From assembly GCF_009914755.1 (NCBI RefSeq), contig NC_060933.1: a stretch of 64,000 nucleotides of DNA. One strand, given 5' to 3'. The DNA comes from the human T2T-CHM13v2.0 reference genome, Homo sapiens. The position numbers were made by a program, and so were the translations under genes. The stretch's first letter is position 1; each line of letters opens with the position of its first letter. The notes below the pieces were generated by a model. The model did not search any database and was not told where the DNA came from. It saw only the letters and a program-made list of their open reading frames with translations. This document shows, one piece after another, positions 48,201 through 61,667 of the stretch.

Positions 48201-49328
48201 TTGGTATGAATCTGACATAAGGGCTAAAATCACTTTTTCATTAGCCTTCTCCTGATCTCAGGTTTACACCTAAGAGATTCTTCACTCCAAAGTCTTCATT
48301 TCCAAGCACAACCTGCTGGGTGCTGCGCTTTTCTGAGGTCTCCTCCCCAGCTCTGCATCTAGCAGTGCTCATGATGCAATGATTTCCTGTCTGACTATCC
48401 CATTCCTATCCTTTGCAAAGTTCACATAGACCCATTTGAGTACACTTTTAGTAGCATACCAAGTTTAAGTGCCAAAGTTGTGTTTTAGTTCTTTCATCCA
48501 GAAAGAAAACATCAGCTGTTTCAAATTTTAGAGTCCAGCTTGGGCAACAAGAGAATTGTCATGTCGTCGATTGTGTAGTAAGACACAGTGAGTGTCCAGC
48601 AATGTAAAATCAGTCTATAAATGAGAAGATTAAGACCAAAAGCATCGGGTTACAAACATCTCACTAAAGCCCATTAGCAGGCAGAGAGCTCTCCGCGGAG
48701 CTAGAAAATGAGACTTTTCCCTCCTTTCTGCCCCATACATTAGTGCTGATCTCAGGAGCTCATTTTTGCACCCTTTGTGGCAGACAACCATATAATCAAA
48801 GGGTTCCCATCACTAAATCATTTGAAAAGACAAGTAGAAATTAGCTTTAGCTAATTTAACTAGCCTTTGCCCCTCCTCCTGACCCTGAGGGTGAAGCACA
48901 TTTTATCATTCATCCTCTGGGGGCTGGCTTATGCTGGCTCCCTTTCCTTTGGCAGTGATTTTAAGCAACCAAGTTCTTATTACAATTCTCAAATTTAAAA
49001 TTAAGTTCTGATCACATCTTCTCAGGGCATACCTAAGAGGCAGTGTTTATCCCCAGCCAAATCAATTGTTTCCTCAAGTGACTCATTCCTGAAAATGTTA
49101 TTGTTTCTAATAACCAGCTCAAATATGTATTTTCATTAATCTTTTCTTTTACCTCCATTTCACACGTGTTGCTGCATGTCAGGCAGTTTCCACAAGGATC
49201 TGCCATGACATCATTGTGTGAGGTATGAAAAAAAAATTTTTTTTTTTCTAATTTAAGAATTACTTTTACTCAGATGGTGGCTGGGCTGGGAAATGTTCCC
49301 CATTGCCCTGGGAGTTTTAGGCCAAGGC

Positions 49329-49330
<2 letters not shown>

Positions 49331-49360
<30 letters not shown>
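49331..49360. repeat. (GT)15 microsatellite
   Basis: Perfect dinucleotide run. Confidence 0.98.
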
Positions 49361-49361
<1 letters not shown>

Positions 49362-50845
49362 GGAAGGGTCTCTCATTGCCTATTTCTGCTTATATAACAC
49401 ACACTGGTTTAGGTAGGTGGAGTCAGAATGGGAAGAGGAAGTTCCCTAAGTGTTTCTTGCATGCAAAGGTAAGTGGAGAATGCCCATCTGGGCACACAGG
49501 GCAAGGATGCAGTGGAGTGACCTCTCCTTTCCCCTCCAACTCACATGCTGGAGTTTAAAAACTGTATCAGGATGACAGAAACCAAGGGGTAAGACCACGG
49601 CTTCCTCTGGGGATCTTCTATAAACTGTAAGAACAAACACAGGTATTTTGTAGTTCTTTATCACAACGGGTCCTTTGCTGATGATTCTAGGTTTTATGAC
49701 TGCTGTTTTATGTCCTACAAATAGTAACAGGCATTTCCCTTTGCCCTACACCACAGTAAGCCACTGGCCTAGACAAGAAGCAACTCTGCACTGCTTTTCA
49801 AACATCATCCTCCCTCTCGACCGCAGGGACTATTTGGTTTCTATTCTACTTCTGGCCTTTCATATTCCTGATGGTGCATTGGATGAAACCCCGCAGCCAG
49901 GCGTGTGAACGTGGTTGAAAAGACCCATGGAGGACCAGCAACGCTTCCCCACAGCGTGGGATGGTCCCCTCCTGAGATGGCCCACTGTCAGCGGGACTGG
50001 TACATGAGTTGTTTTCCCAGCTGAGAGGATGGGTCATAAGACCCACTTATACTTTTTGTCCTGGTCTCTTTTTAACTAACTACACAATTGTACAATCCCT
50101 GGCCAGGGTCCATGACTGAGGACAGAGTTTTCCTGTGTAGATTTTTTTCTGCAGCAAACATTTGCACTGAGCTGTAGGAATAGACTGGGCATGGCCACCA
50201 TTTTTCCAATTCCAGTGGGATTATCCGGGCAAAAACTTCAGAAAACTTGTGGGATTCTAGAGTAGGCCGAACAGGCTCATGACACATTCCCTGTCCTTAC
50301 CAGACGCCAAGCACTGCATCCTGTCTGCTTCTTGAACAGCCCCTTCATTGTTTGTTCAGCTATTCTGCTGCATCTGCAGATAGCCCTGCCTGAGAAACAG
50401 CCTCAAACCAGAAGGAGAGGATGGCGGCAAGCCTTAGAGAAACATGTAAGTCAAGGGTGGTGGTGGATGACTGTGAGGCATTTTCTTTTGCAAAAAATAC
50501 CCAAACCAAAACAAGCAAAAAAACTACCAAATAACAATGGTGGGTATTCATTACTAGGTTAAAAAATGGACTGATTGCAAGTTCAAAGCACTGTAAACAA
50601 TCCCCATGTTTCTGTCTCTTTGGCTGTAGTCAATATAGTTTGAAATGAGTCTGCTAAGACAAATGCTGATTTGGTGAATAAAAAAGATAATCTGAGTTTT
50701 AGAAGTGGGGATATTCAGCCACATAAGACACCGAAAATAAGGAAGATTGAACTTGACATGTATCATCATCATGGTCAAGACCAGGGAGATGCTATCTCAA
50801 GGTCTTTCAAGCTCTTTAATCTATGCAAAAATGTGTATGATTTTT

Positions 50846-51052
50846 AGGGGAAGATGTTGGTCAAAGGATACAATATTTCAGTTAGACAGGAGGGATAAAT
50901 TCAAGAGATCTATTGTGCAATATGGTGACTATAGTTAATAACAATACATTGTATTTTTGAAAAAAACGCTGAGTAGATTTTAAATGTTCTCACCACAAAA
51001 ATGATAACTTCGTGAGGTAATGCATGTGTTAATTAGCTAGATTTAGCCATTT
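50846..51052 (+). mobile_element. L1MA-type 3'UTR fragment
   Basis: GATGTTGGTCAAAGGATACAATATTTCAGTTAGACAGGAGG...TTCAAGAGATCTATTG...GTGAGGTAATGCATGTGTTAATTAGCTAGATTTAGCCATT. Confidence 0.85.
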
Positions 51053-52710
51053 CTTCACTCCGCAAAGTGAAGGGCATCATTGCAGTTTGGGAGCCAGGAC
51101 GTTGAGAGGCTAGTAAAGGGCAGAACTTGGATTTGGATCAGGAGCCACCTTCTATCAGCCTTGCTTGGGCTACTGTCCTGCCTTGAGTGGCTGCAGGTGG
51201 GAGCCTGGACCTCATGGATGAGGCATTTGAATCCAAGCAGAACTTGGTGGAAAAGTAGAAGGAAAGAAGCGAACCTTCCATGGCCTTAAACTTAAGATAG
51301 TATGTGGGCAGGAATTCTATCTACTCTCTCCCACTTTTTTAATAATTGGAGGAGAGAGAATAGAGAAGCCGTAACTAGGTGCCCATGTGGTAAAACAGCA
51401 TGTTGAAATGGACATCTTGGCTAAGGCCCTAGGATGACAGATGTAAGAGACCAAATAATGTGCCAGATGGGGAGGCAGATGTTGAAAGCAGGTAGCTGAG
51501 CACCAGTTAAAAGCCCACCTTCCACCCCCACATTGAGCAGTGAAGAAGGAAGGAATTAGGAAAGATTTCTTTGGCAAGAATCATTGGTATACTATGAATC
51601 CTAGTGCTACCCCCCAACAGAAAGGGGAGATACAGGCACAACAAGTCCAGTCAGTGAGCTTGATGTAGAGCCCCCACAGCTGGCTAGACAAATGCCTGAT
51701 TTGAACCTGAAGAAAACAAAGCTTGCTGCCTGCCCTGGTGGTGGGAGTGACAGAGGGGCTGCTGGTGCCCTGGGCATGTCCTCCTAGAATTTGTGGTGGT
51801 GAAGGGTACATGAGTGTCCTCAGGACCAGGTGTAGCCACACCAGAGACAGGGCTGGCATTTTAGACCTTGTCCAAGAGGGCCATTAAAAAAGGAAACAGA
51901 CTAATTGTTGATTTAGGTGGTAGTCACAGAGGCTTACTCACTTGAGACATTTCTAGTAGCATGCTTATGATTTCTGCATTTATTAAGTTTGTTATATTTC
52001 AGCAAAATTTGCTATTAAGAAAATAGTGAAGAAGTCTCATCAGAGAGAAGTTAAAAGCATACTAGTGGATTCCTTGGGGCTGCAGAAAGAGTAGCAAAAA
52101 GTTGGAGAAAACATCAACTACACCAAAGGAATTTTAGGAGCTTGGTCCCCAGCAAAGCTCATGGAATCTCTCTCTGCAAGGAAGAGTCAGTTTTAAAAGC
52201 CCTCAGCCTGCTCTCAATGGGTCCTGCCTCCTTCCCTGCCTGCACCCCAACACTGGGGAAAGGAGAAACCTCCGTTAGCAAGTTGGAGAAAAGGAGTTGA
52301 GGAAGGAAGAGGATAGCCCGGCCCCCTCCCTGACTGCAGGTTTTTCTTTTTCTTTTTAACAGTGGATTCTAGCGAGGGGAGGGCAAATCCCTGAAACCTT
52401 GAATGAAGTTGGAAGCCTTTACTAGTTTGTGTGTTTGGAATTCTAAGTAGAAATTGAGACTGTGTTTTGTGACTCAAATGACTAAGATTTTCTGTTACCT
52501 ACGAGTGGCCAAAATGTCAAGTATTCATCCGGGGGCAGGGTGAAAACTAGACCTACTGAGAAAGTTAAAAGACAAGGGGAAAACACAATAAACCTGCTGT
52601 ATTTTTACCTCCAAAGTGTCCATTCAATTTACTGGCTGTAGTAGTTTGAAAGCAAGGTTCTGTGATATCATTCCAGAGTTGAGAGTAACAAAAGCTGATA
52701 ATTGTAAATG

Positions 52711-53034
52711 CAGCACTATCCAATGGAAATATAATGCAAATTATATGCGTGACTTAACATTTTTTTCTGGTAGATTCATTTAAAAAGTAAAATAAACAGA
52801 TAAAATTAATTTTAATAATCTATTTTATTTAACCTAATAATATATTTTCATTTCACACTGTAATCAATATAAATGTTTTTAATGAAATATATTACATTCA
52901 CTTTTTATTTTTGTGCTTACCTTTTTGAAATCTGGGGAAAATTTTATACTTTCAGCACATCTCAGTTTGGACTAGCCACACATAAGGAACTCAGCAGCCT
53001 CTTGTGGCTGGTGGCTGCCATATTGGACAGTGCA
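52711..53034 (+). mobile_element. MER33 (hAT-Charlie MITE)
   Basis: CAGCACTATCCAATGGAAATATAATGC...TGTGGCTGGTGGCTGCCATATTGGACAGTGCA. Confidence 0.85.
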
Positions 53035-55193
53035 CTTAGAGGGTTTGGATGGGGTGGAAAATTATCTCAGATTACTATAGGATTTCATGCTTGACAAACG
53101 TTGAGGCAGTATCTCCAAAGTGAGCAAGAGGATGAGCTAAGATTCAGTCTTCACTTGTATTGGGTCTGATGAGTATACATCCAGATGGCTATTGGGCAGA
53201 AAAATAATGGGTGATGGAGGAGAGCTGAGAAGAGTCTTCATGAACTGTGATGCCACCTTACACATTGCCACTGGAAACTGACCCTAAGCTAAACAGGAAG
53301 AGAAGAAATTGAAAGAAGACCTGACCCAAGGGAGTAAAAATAAATTCAGGGCACTTTTCTGCAGAAATAACTGCTGAGTTTAAGCATACATTAAAATGGA
53401 CACAATATGTCCTCAAGGAGTTGTTACGGTCTGCACAAACCAGCATGCTTGTCTGAAATAAGTGTCCTGTAATGGGCTTAGCATTATAAACAGGGTAAGT
53501 CCTACTATTGTTCTGGTTTTGCTGATGAGGAAATTGAGACTGAGATAATATGAACCAAACAACCAACTTCTTGTTGATTAAAACATTATCCCTAAGGAAA
53601 CCCTGAGAATCACTGGGTACAAGAGTCCCCCTGCGCAGACGAGGAATCTGGGCTGCAGAGAGGAGAAGCAGTTGCCCAAAGGTTATACATAATCAGAGAG
53701 AGCTTCCTATGTTGTGTGTTAAGATTTCAGGGGCACCAAGATAGATTATTTGTCTCTTTAAAAAACTTACTAGAAAACAGAAGAGCATGTTTTGTGTGTC
53801 AGTAACCTCCCTATAACTGGACCTTGACTACGGAGATTGGACAGTGCATCCAGATTACTACAAAGAAGTTCACAGAATTGGGTTCAGGTTGAGCTAGAAG
53901 ATTTCTGAGCTTTTTTTGTTTTTTCTTTTTTCCAACATAAAGATTGATGGTTTGATGGTATGAAGTTTTTAGCATTATGTGATCTCCGACTCGTACTATA
54001 GATCTAACTACAGGTGATGGTGAGAGTTGTGAGAATTTTATATAGGCAAGGAAAATCGAGGCAGAGGCCAGAAGAATGGAGGCCTCAGCCTGACCCTCAG
54101 CAAGCTCTGAGGGTAATTTGGGCTTTAATTGGGTTCTTAATCCCTGATTTCCATGTACAAGGAAAATTCCAATGACAAGGAAAACTCCAATATGTGGGAT
54201 CATCCTAAGCCCATCCCAAAGGCTTCACGATTCATCATGGCTAAATGGAGTTTGTACACTTTAAAATAAATGAAAATACTTCATTACATCTGAGCAAGTG
54301 GTATTTGAGTCAGGTATATGAGGGAGTAAAGAGATCATTTTTCATTTGTTTTTCTTTTTGCCTTTTTTTCTGAATCTGATTTTTATAAAATGGCTTTGAA
54401 GATAAGTGATTTCTAAGGACTATTGCCCTCATGTGGGCTACGCAAATGCATTAATAATTTGATCCTCAGTTTCCTCTCTATAAAATCGTAGAATACGATG
54501 AGATGAGCTTGAAATCACTTCTTGATTTAGTACAGTATGAACTTTCTATGCACATATGAATGCAAAGAATGGAAACATCTTACAAAATACAAAAATAAAG
54601 ATTAATTTTTTTCAGAAAAAAATAATTTGCTAGAGAACAAAAGTGACAATGAGGCTCTTTGGTTTACCTTTTGTTCTGTTTTGCTTTGTTTTAAGATGTC
54701 AAGCCTTTTTTTGTATGGAGAGTGAAAAGTCTTGTTGGGATGGTGATGTGGCTGTGACTGATACTGCCGTGATCTCGCACACATGAGCCAAAGCCTTGGG
54801 ATGGTTTTGATGAGAAAATTGGGTGAAGGTTGGGGAGCGAGACCCGAGGTGCAGGAACACAGGTGTGCTGTGGCCAGAAGTGTGGCATGAGGAAAGAAGG
54901 GAAGGTGGAGGAATTGGAGGGTGAGAACACTGGTCATTTGCCAAGGGCATTGAGAAATTGGTACATATTTATTTGGGTTGATGGGTGGGGAGTTTTAAGA
55001 GAGAAATGCAGGGGTGTGAGAGGTGCTTTGTAAGGTGAGGAGTTAGACTAAGAGGAGTTAGTCAAAATGGAACCAAAAAACAACAACAGGAAAATAATTG
55101 GCTTAAAATAGAGGTCCAATAATTCTCAAATGTTGTTTAAAATTGCAGTTCTGTAGGAATTTTGGATACAAAAAATTCAGAAAGGTTGCATAC

Positions 55194-55520
55194 CAGAGCT
55201 GTCCAATAAGGATATAGTATGAGCCACATATATAACTTAAAATTTTCTAGAAGCCACTATTAAAAAGTAAAAAAAAAAAAAAAAGTTGGAATTAATATTA
55301 ATAGTATATTTAATTGAAAATAATATATAAATACTATTATCTAAATACATCATCTACATATAAGTATTAATGAGATATTTTGTTCCTTTTCTTATACTAA
55401 AATATGTCTTCAAAATCTGTTGTGCACTTTGTACTTACAGCTCATCTTAATTTGTACTGGACACATTTCAAGTTCTCAATAGCTACGTGTGGTTGGTGGC
55501 TGTTATATTGAACAGCGTAA
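55194..55520 (+). mobile_element. MER33 (second copy)
   Basis: CAGAGCTGTCCAATAAGG...ATGAGCCACAT...GTGGTTGGTGGCTGTTATATTGAACAGCG. Confidence 0.85.
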
Positions 55521-57519
55521 TTCTAGACAGCTTCCTCTGCGTCATCACATTTTTGTCCTTTATTTAATAAACTTTAAAACAAAATATGATTACTTCTATG
55601 TAAAATTTCAAAATGGGCAATGCTAAACAGTTGCTTGCTTAGGGATGTATAAGTAGGTGGTAGAATTAGAACAAAATGCAAGGAAACGATGATCACAAAG
55701 ATAAGGAGAGTGTTTCCTTTATTCCACGGAAATAAAGAAGAAGAAAATTAAAATCTTCCCCAAATCTCATCAAGTAGAGACAACAACTGCTAATTTCCAC
55801 TTGCACCTTTTTAGGAAGGGAAGAGCCTGGAAGGGAATGATGATTAGGTTGCATAGAGGGTGACAGTGTGGTGCCTGCTGTGCTGTGGGCCCTGGGCATT
55901 GGCCATTGAATGGAATTTTTCAAAGTCAGACTTGCAGTATATCAAGGTCTCAGACAAAAGAAAGTGGGAGCATTTGAAATAGGAGAGAAAGGCAGACAAT
56001 AACAGACCCTTGGCCAAATCTGATGATGAGCATTCCCATGGGGCAACACCCTAAAAGAAAAGAAAACGATTTAAGACATTGACTTTTTTTCCTCTTTCAG
56101 ACATGAACTTAACCAATTTCCTGGAATTTTCAAAAGAATTTACTAGAAAAGGCAACAAAACAAGCCAATAACCTCACAAACCATTAGGTACTCAGGGTTT
56201 CTGGAAGGACAGCTCTAAATGCACAGTCTATATCCAATTTGCACTGTCATCTTGGAATGGGAAGAACATTGGAATGACAAGTTAGATTGAAAAGCTGTTA
56301 AAAGCCAGAAAAATAATGAGTGTCTAATCCATAAATGGAAAACTGTCAGTCCCTTATGTCTTTCTAAGACTTGGCTTCATGGTAATTCAAGCACAACTCC
56401 TGAGTTTTCAACCAGCCCTTAATTGCAAAGGAAATAAACCATTCAGAGAAGAGGAACAATGGACCTCACTTTGGTGTCTGCAGTGGGTAAATTTGGGATA
56501 ATATAATTTATTTTGGAGATCTGTACAGAGGTATGCATCTACAGATGTAAAGCCTGGCTGGTGATTTTGGAAGTTAAATCCCTTTGCTTTATGATGATGA
56601 CCTTCAATGACCTTGCTCTGGGCATCACACTGGAATGTGTATCCCTGGATAACAAAAAGATCCCTGGAAAAATTATCACTCTGCTGCCTATATCCCACCC
56701 TCCCCTGCTTACTATCAAGGATTTGTGTCTGAGTAGTTGACCTCCTAGGCTAAGAGAGCTGTCTCAAAGCTTGGGGTTTCCATGGCTTCTCTTTCTCTAC
56801 GCTGAGATCTGGGAACCCCCATGAAGTCTAAATGGCAGCTGATGGTTGTTGGTTACATTAAGGGAAAGCCTAAGAGAAACGTGGAATGTATAAAAGCCAC
56901 TACAGCATGGAAGCCAGCGGATCCCCTCTGATTCTGGACTCAAACACTGTAGGAGCCCTCTGTCATGCCATAAAAACAGCTGTGAGCAGCAAGCCTGGGG
57001 ACGCAGATTTGCATCGACAACTCACGCACTCACAGCAATCTTAGGAACGCCGGCTTTTGATATCTCGGTAAAGGCTTCTTGCTGAGAAGTTTCCAGTGCT
57101 ATGCCAAGTAGATCAGAGAGGTGTTTTCTTCTCTGCCTATCTCACTGCAGCCTTGACCATGTAGCTGAGGATGGTTAGACCTCAGAAATGAGGTCTGCTC
57201 CATCAAGTCTGCCAATGCCCTGCTCTATTTATCCTCCCCCTGCTGGGCATCCTGGCTTCTTTTATTGCTGCCCATGTAGATGCACTCAGAAAGGCACACA
57301 CTATTGCCTGCTGCAGAAATATTTACAGTTCCTGGAAAACCAAGTCAACAGAGCACGCAGTGGGGATGTCAAAAGAGCATCAGAGAGGACTTAGAGCTTG
57401 GGCTCTGACCTTGACTCTGGCATGACCTCACTGAATGACCTTGGGCAAGACTCATCACCTCTCAAGGGTTCAGAGAAACTGGGGTGAACTAGTATGATGG
57501 CTTCAAAACTGGGCTCTTG

Positions 57520-57698
57520 GTGAGCATAGTGGCATGTGACTGTAGTCCCAGCTACTTGGAGGCTGAGGCAGGAGGGTTGCTTGAGCCCGGGAGTTTGAGG
57601 CTGCAGTGAGCTATGATTGCACCACTGCATTCTAGCCTGGGTGACAAAGTGAGACCCTGTCTCAAAAAAACCAAAACACAAAAACAAAAGCAAAAACA
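57520..57698 (+). mobile_element. Alu monomer (FRAM or AluJ right arm)
   Basis: Single arm TGTAGTCCCAGCTAC...GCTTGAGCCCGGGAGTTTGAGGCTGCAGTGAGCTATGAT followed by an A-rich tail. Confidence 0.9.
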
Positions 57699-58257
57699 AT
57701 CCCTGGTCTCTTGGGTCTTTGGAGTCCGCTCAGGGGGCTGCTGGGAAGTGGAGATAGGGCAGAGAGAGGGGAATTCTAGCATCTTTAAACCATCCCAAGC
57801 AGAGCAGGTCTGCTTCGGTGTGTTCACTGTTTTACTTACTGGGGTTCCTGAAAAGCTTTTATTTGAGGAAAGGGTTACAAGGCTTAAACGTTTTCAAAAC
57901 CACTTAAGTAGATGATCTTCCACTTACCAAGTTCTGATTATATGATTTTCCCTGTTTGTTAGTTTTAGGACATTTTGCAAAGTGTTTTGTTGATGGCTGA
58001 TGTAGCAGGCTCCTGAATGAATTTTGCATCCAATAATTACTTTTCATTAATAGCATATATTAAAGACTGTAAAGAGAGAGATAATGACTTTTTGTCACTT
58101 CTTCTAGAGGATGGCTGTTGTCTTAGGAATGATATTAGTGGCCAGCTCACTAATGGTTGGAACGTATAATTAGAACTCGAGAATCTGGTGCTTGTCATGA
58201 CTGTGCCACTAATCATGGCTTTGAACACATCATTCGCTCTTTTGGGAGGGAGGAAAT

Positions 58258-58548
58258 ATATGGTATGATTAAGAACTTGAGACATGAACCTAGATTGCCT
58301 GGGTTCAAATCCCAGCTCCGTCACTTTTGAGCTGTATATTTTTGGACAAGTTACTTCATTTCCATGCTTCAGTGTTTTGTTTTGTTTTGTTTTTGGTTTT
58401 GGTTTTTTTTTTTTTTTTTTTTCTGTAAAATGGAGATGATAATACTGCTTACATCATTGGGCTGTTATGAGAGTTGAGTTAACTCATGCAAAATGATTAA
58501 TGGAGAGCCTAGAAGAAATTACATTCCTCATAAACATTAGCTATGGTT
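58258..58548 (+). mobile_element. MIR SINE with internal (TTTTG)n/poly-T expansion
   Basis: GCCTGGGTTCAAATCCCAGCTC...GGACAAGTTACTT...CTGTAAAATGGAGATGATAATA. Confidence 0.85.
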
Positions 58549-59376
58549 ATCTTTCGGGTCTTTTTTTTTTTGTCATGTATAATATGAAGGGTTGGGTTGG
58601 GTACCTGATGGCTAAAGTCAACGAGTTTATTAGACTGCAGACCTCTGGGTTCAGAATTGTATTCTTAGGGTCTGGAACAGGTCCTGGCAAACAGCAGGTG
58701 CTTATTATATTCTTGTTGACTAAATGACTAACATTCTGCTTTTCTCATAAAAACCGTGTAAGAACCTATTTGCAGAACTGTTACCTCCTAAAATTAAAAA
58801 CATTCAGAGTGCTAAGATGAATAAATAGCATAAAACTTTTAGTCAGGGTCCAGTCATAAAAATGGAAAAGCTCAAGCCACAAATAGTTCAATGGACACGA
58901 TTGAATATGGAGAGCTAGTTATAAAGAGGCCAGGAGAGCTAGAAAGCCATGGTGAGGCTGCCCAGAGATTAGCCGCTACCACCCCTAGGTGGGTGGAGGA
59001 AAAGTGAAGAATGGTGCTCCTGGGACTGCGGAGGGAGGTGCGCTCTAGCCCTGCTGGATTTGCAGGCTGACCAGAGAGCTCTCCCACCTCCAGACTCCCA
59101 CTGGTGCCTCCTATTGGCTAAATCCATCTCCTAAATCCATCCAGTAGAGCATCATGGCCTTAAAAACAAAAGGTGTCAGTTACAAGGAGTGGGTCAGGAG
59201 TATTGTTTTCACTGAGGCAAGAGAGGATGGGAATTGTAGTTTGCAGGTGTCAGCCTCCCTGCTCCACCCCAACAGTTATCCAGAGAGGTGCACGGGAGGA
59301 CAAGGAATGGATCTGGGGACAATGGGCCCAGGCCCAGGACCCCAACCAGGGGGTGTGTAGTAGTCACGTTCTAGAT

Positions 59377-59599
59377 GAGGTGGTTGGCAAACTATGGCCC
59401 TTAGGTGGCATCCAGCCTGCTGCCCATTTTTATAAATAAAGTTTTATTGGAACACAGCCACACCCACTCATTTCCATACTGTCTGTGGCTGCTTTTGTGC
59501 TACAATAGCATAGTTTAGTTGTAACAGAGACCACATATCCCCCCCAACCCTAAAACATTTAGTATCTGGCCCTTTACAGAAAAAATTTGCCAATCTCTG
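59377..59599 (+). mobile_element. MER58A (hAT-Charlie MITE)
   Basis: GTTGGCAAACTATGGCCC...AATAAAGTTTTATTGGAACACAGCCAC...TTTGCCAATCTCTG; perfect 8-bp TSD TTCTAGAT (59369-59376, 59600-59607). Confidence 0.93.
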
Positions 59600-59607
59600 T
59601 TCTAGAT

Positions 59608-59745
59608 TACGTCTAATCCTCACAACCACCTGCTAGGTAAGTATTTTTACCCTTCTTTTACAAATGAGGAATAGGCTCAGAGATGTATCTGACTTGCCTG
59701 AGGATGAGGACACTAGGCCAGAATGGAATCTGCGTTTCATCTTCA
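59608..59745 (-). mobile_element. MIR fragment
   Basis: TAATCCTCACAACCACC...TTTTACAAATGAGGAATAGGCTCAGAGA...GACTTGCCTGAGG. Confidence 0.75.
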
Positions 59746-61134
59746 TCGGATCTTTTACCAGTTTCCAACTCTTTCCATTGCACCCCTCTGCCTTCCTAAT
59801 TTAAAGAATCTGGTCATTGTGACAGGTGCCCCACATGTCTTCCTGCATCATCTGAGCCATCCTCGGCCCCTGCACCTCTGCTGAAACAAAAGTATACCTT
59901 GGTTTGCTATCTCTCCGTGACATGTCTATGTCCCCTCATCTCACCGTCAAATTCACAGAATACGCAGGAATTGAAGATTGTCTCAATTGGAAGCAGCCTT
60001 GGGTCATTTCCTAGGAGTGACTTAGAAATGTTCTGCAGCTTAAAGCTGCTTGTTGAACTGTCCTTTCCAGGTAGGCAGCTGGTCCTTAAGAAACTCACTT
60101 TTTTCCTTTCTTCTTGTTTGCACAGTCATCGCAACTAAGCAATAATAGCAAAAGATTTGGGAGAACGTCTCTGACATAATGGAAATCAATGTTAAAATGA
60201 GATTGGCTTTACAAAATAAACAGTATAGTCAACTCTTTAGGAATGCTTCTCCTGTAAAGCTAAGTACACCTGGCTGATGGAAAAACAATCCCTTCAGAAT
60301 GGAATATTATTGCCAACACTTCCCTGCATTGCTTGGAGATTCATCTTAGGCAACAGTATTTATGAGTCAATCTGGGTAGTCTTTGTATAACAACAATAGC
60401 AGCAGGAAAAAGCTCTTAGAATCCATGTGAATTTATGTTTACTGGAAATTCCGAGTAACTGTAAGCTAGACACTGCTTGCATTTGCTTTGTTCACACAGA
60501 TGGCAAAAATTGCAGCTCTGGGAAGGACTTAGAGAGGTAAATAGAATGCTTGTGAGATTAATAAAATGAGGATTTACATGTGATGACACATAAAAAGGCA
60601 GCACCATGGCTATAGTATTATTTGACTTAGCATTTAGCCGACCCACGTATTTTTATAATGTATAATGTGCTCTCTTGCCTCAGCGAAAACAGTACACCTG
60701 ACCCGCTCCTCGTAGGGTAACTGACACCATTTGTGTTTTTAAGGCTGTGATGAAGCTCTACTGGCCACCCAGTCCCTCTTCCCATGACCATTAGAGGTTT
60801 GGAATGACTTAGCCTGCACTGCAGGGAGCTGGCAGATGGCTGTGGCCACAGGAGGGACTGCGGGGGTGCCTGTACCCTCGCGGCAGGCAGCAGGCACTTG
60901 CTTCTAAGGGGCTCTGGAGCTCAGGAATCTATTTCCATTTTGGGGATCCTGGGTAAATGTCTAAACCCCTAGATACAGAAGTTCACAACTATTTCATAAG
61001 AAGCAATATGATGGTGTAGGAAAAGCTTGGGCTTCAGAGGCCAAAAGACATGAGTTCGAATCCTGCCGTTATTAGCCAGTCCTCTCATGAATCTGATCCC
61101 CTTTCCAGGCCTGAGAGGGAGGTGGGGAGGCCTA

Positions 61135-61667
61135 TATGACAGCTGAATAATTGCCCTCAAAGATAACTAAGTCCTAATCTCTGGGATCTGGGAATGTTAT
61201 CTTATATGGAAGAAGGTCCTGTGTGGATGTTGTTAAGTGAAAGGTTTTGACATGGGGAGATTATCCTGGGTGATCTGAACGGGCACTAAATAAAATCACA
61301 AGAGTCCTTCTAAGAAGGAAGCAGAGGGATATTTGACACAGAAGAGGAAGAAGACACTGTGACCACAATGGAAGCAGGAGGAGACGTGAAGATGCCACAC
61401 AATTGCTTTTGAAGATGGAGGAAAGGACCATGGAGCCCAGGAGCACAAGGAATGCAGCAGCCTCCAAGTGAGAAAAGGCAGAGAAACAGATTCTCTGCCC
61501 ACCAGACTCTGGAGAGACTGTGGCGCTACTGATGTCATGATTTTAGGCCAGTGAATTTGACTTCTGACTTCTGGCCTCCAGAACTGTAAGTGAATAACTG
61601 TGAGCTGCTTTAAGCCACCAAGTTCATGGTAATAATTTGTTATAGCAGCCACGGGAAACTGATGCAG
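61135..61667 (+). mobile_element. MaLR LTR (MLT1D-like)
   Basis: GAATAATTGCCCTCAAAGAT...GGAGATTATCCTGG...CTTCTGGCCTCCAGAACTGTAAG...TTTGTTATAGCAGCCACGGGAAACTGATGCA. Confidence 0.88.

Noticed and set aside
53811-54203. 130-aa ORF with a hydrophobic N-terminus
   Set aside because: No recognisable homology; it crosses a low-complexity T-tract and an 18-bp tandem duplication (~54157-54192), consistent with a chance ORF.
52711-55520. Two same-orientation MER33 copies as a composite transposon or local duplication
   Set aside because: The copies differ from each other as much as independent old insertions would, and their flanks are unrelated.
56080-56190. Strong acceptor-like sites at 56100, 49273, 48078 and 13452
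   Set aside because: No convincing matching donor or reading frame; T-rich AG motifs are common on this strand.
58838-59150. Possible ancient LTR (LTR78/79-like); also weak repeat-like stretches at ~9160-9560, ~40560-40910 and ~51300-51850
   Set aside because: Too diverged to assign by eye; left out of the feature list pending a profile-HMM search.
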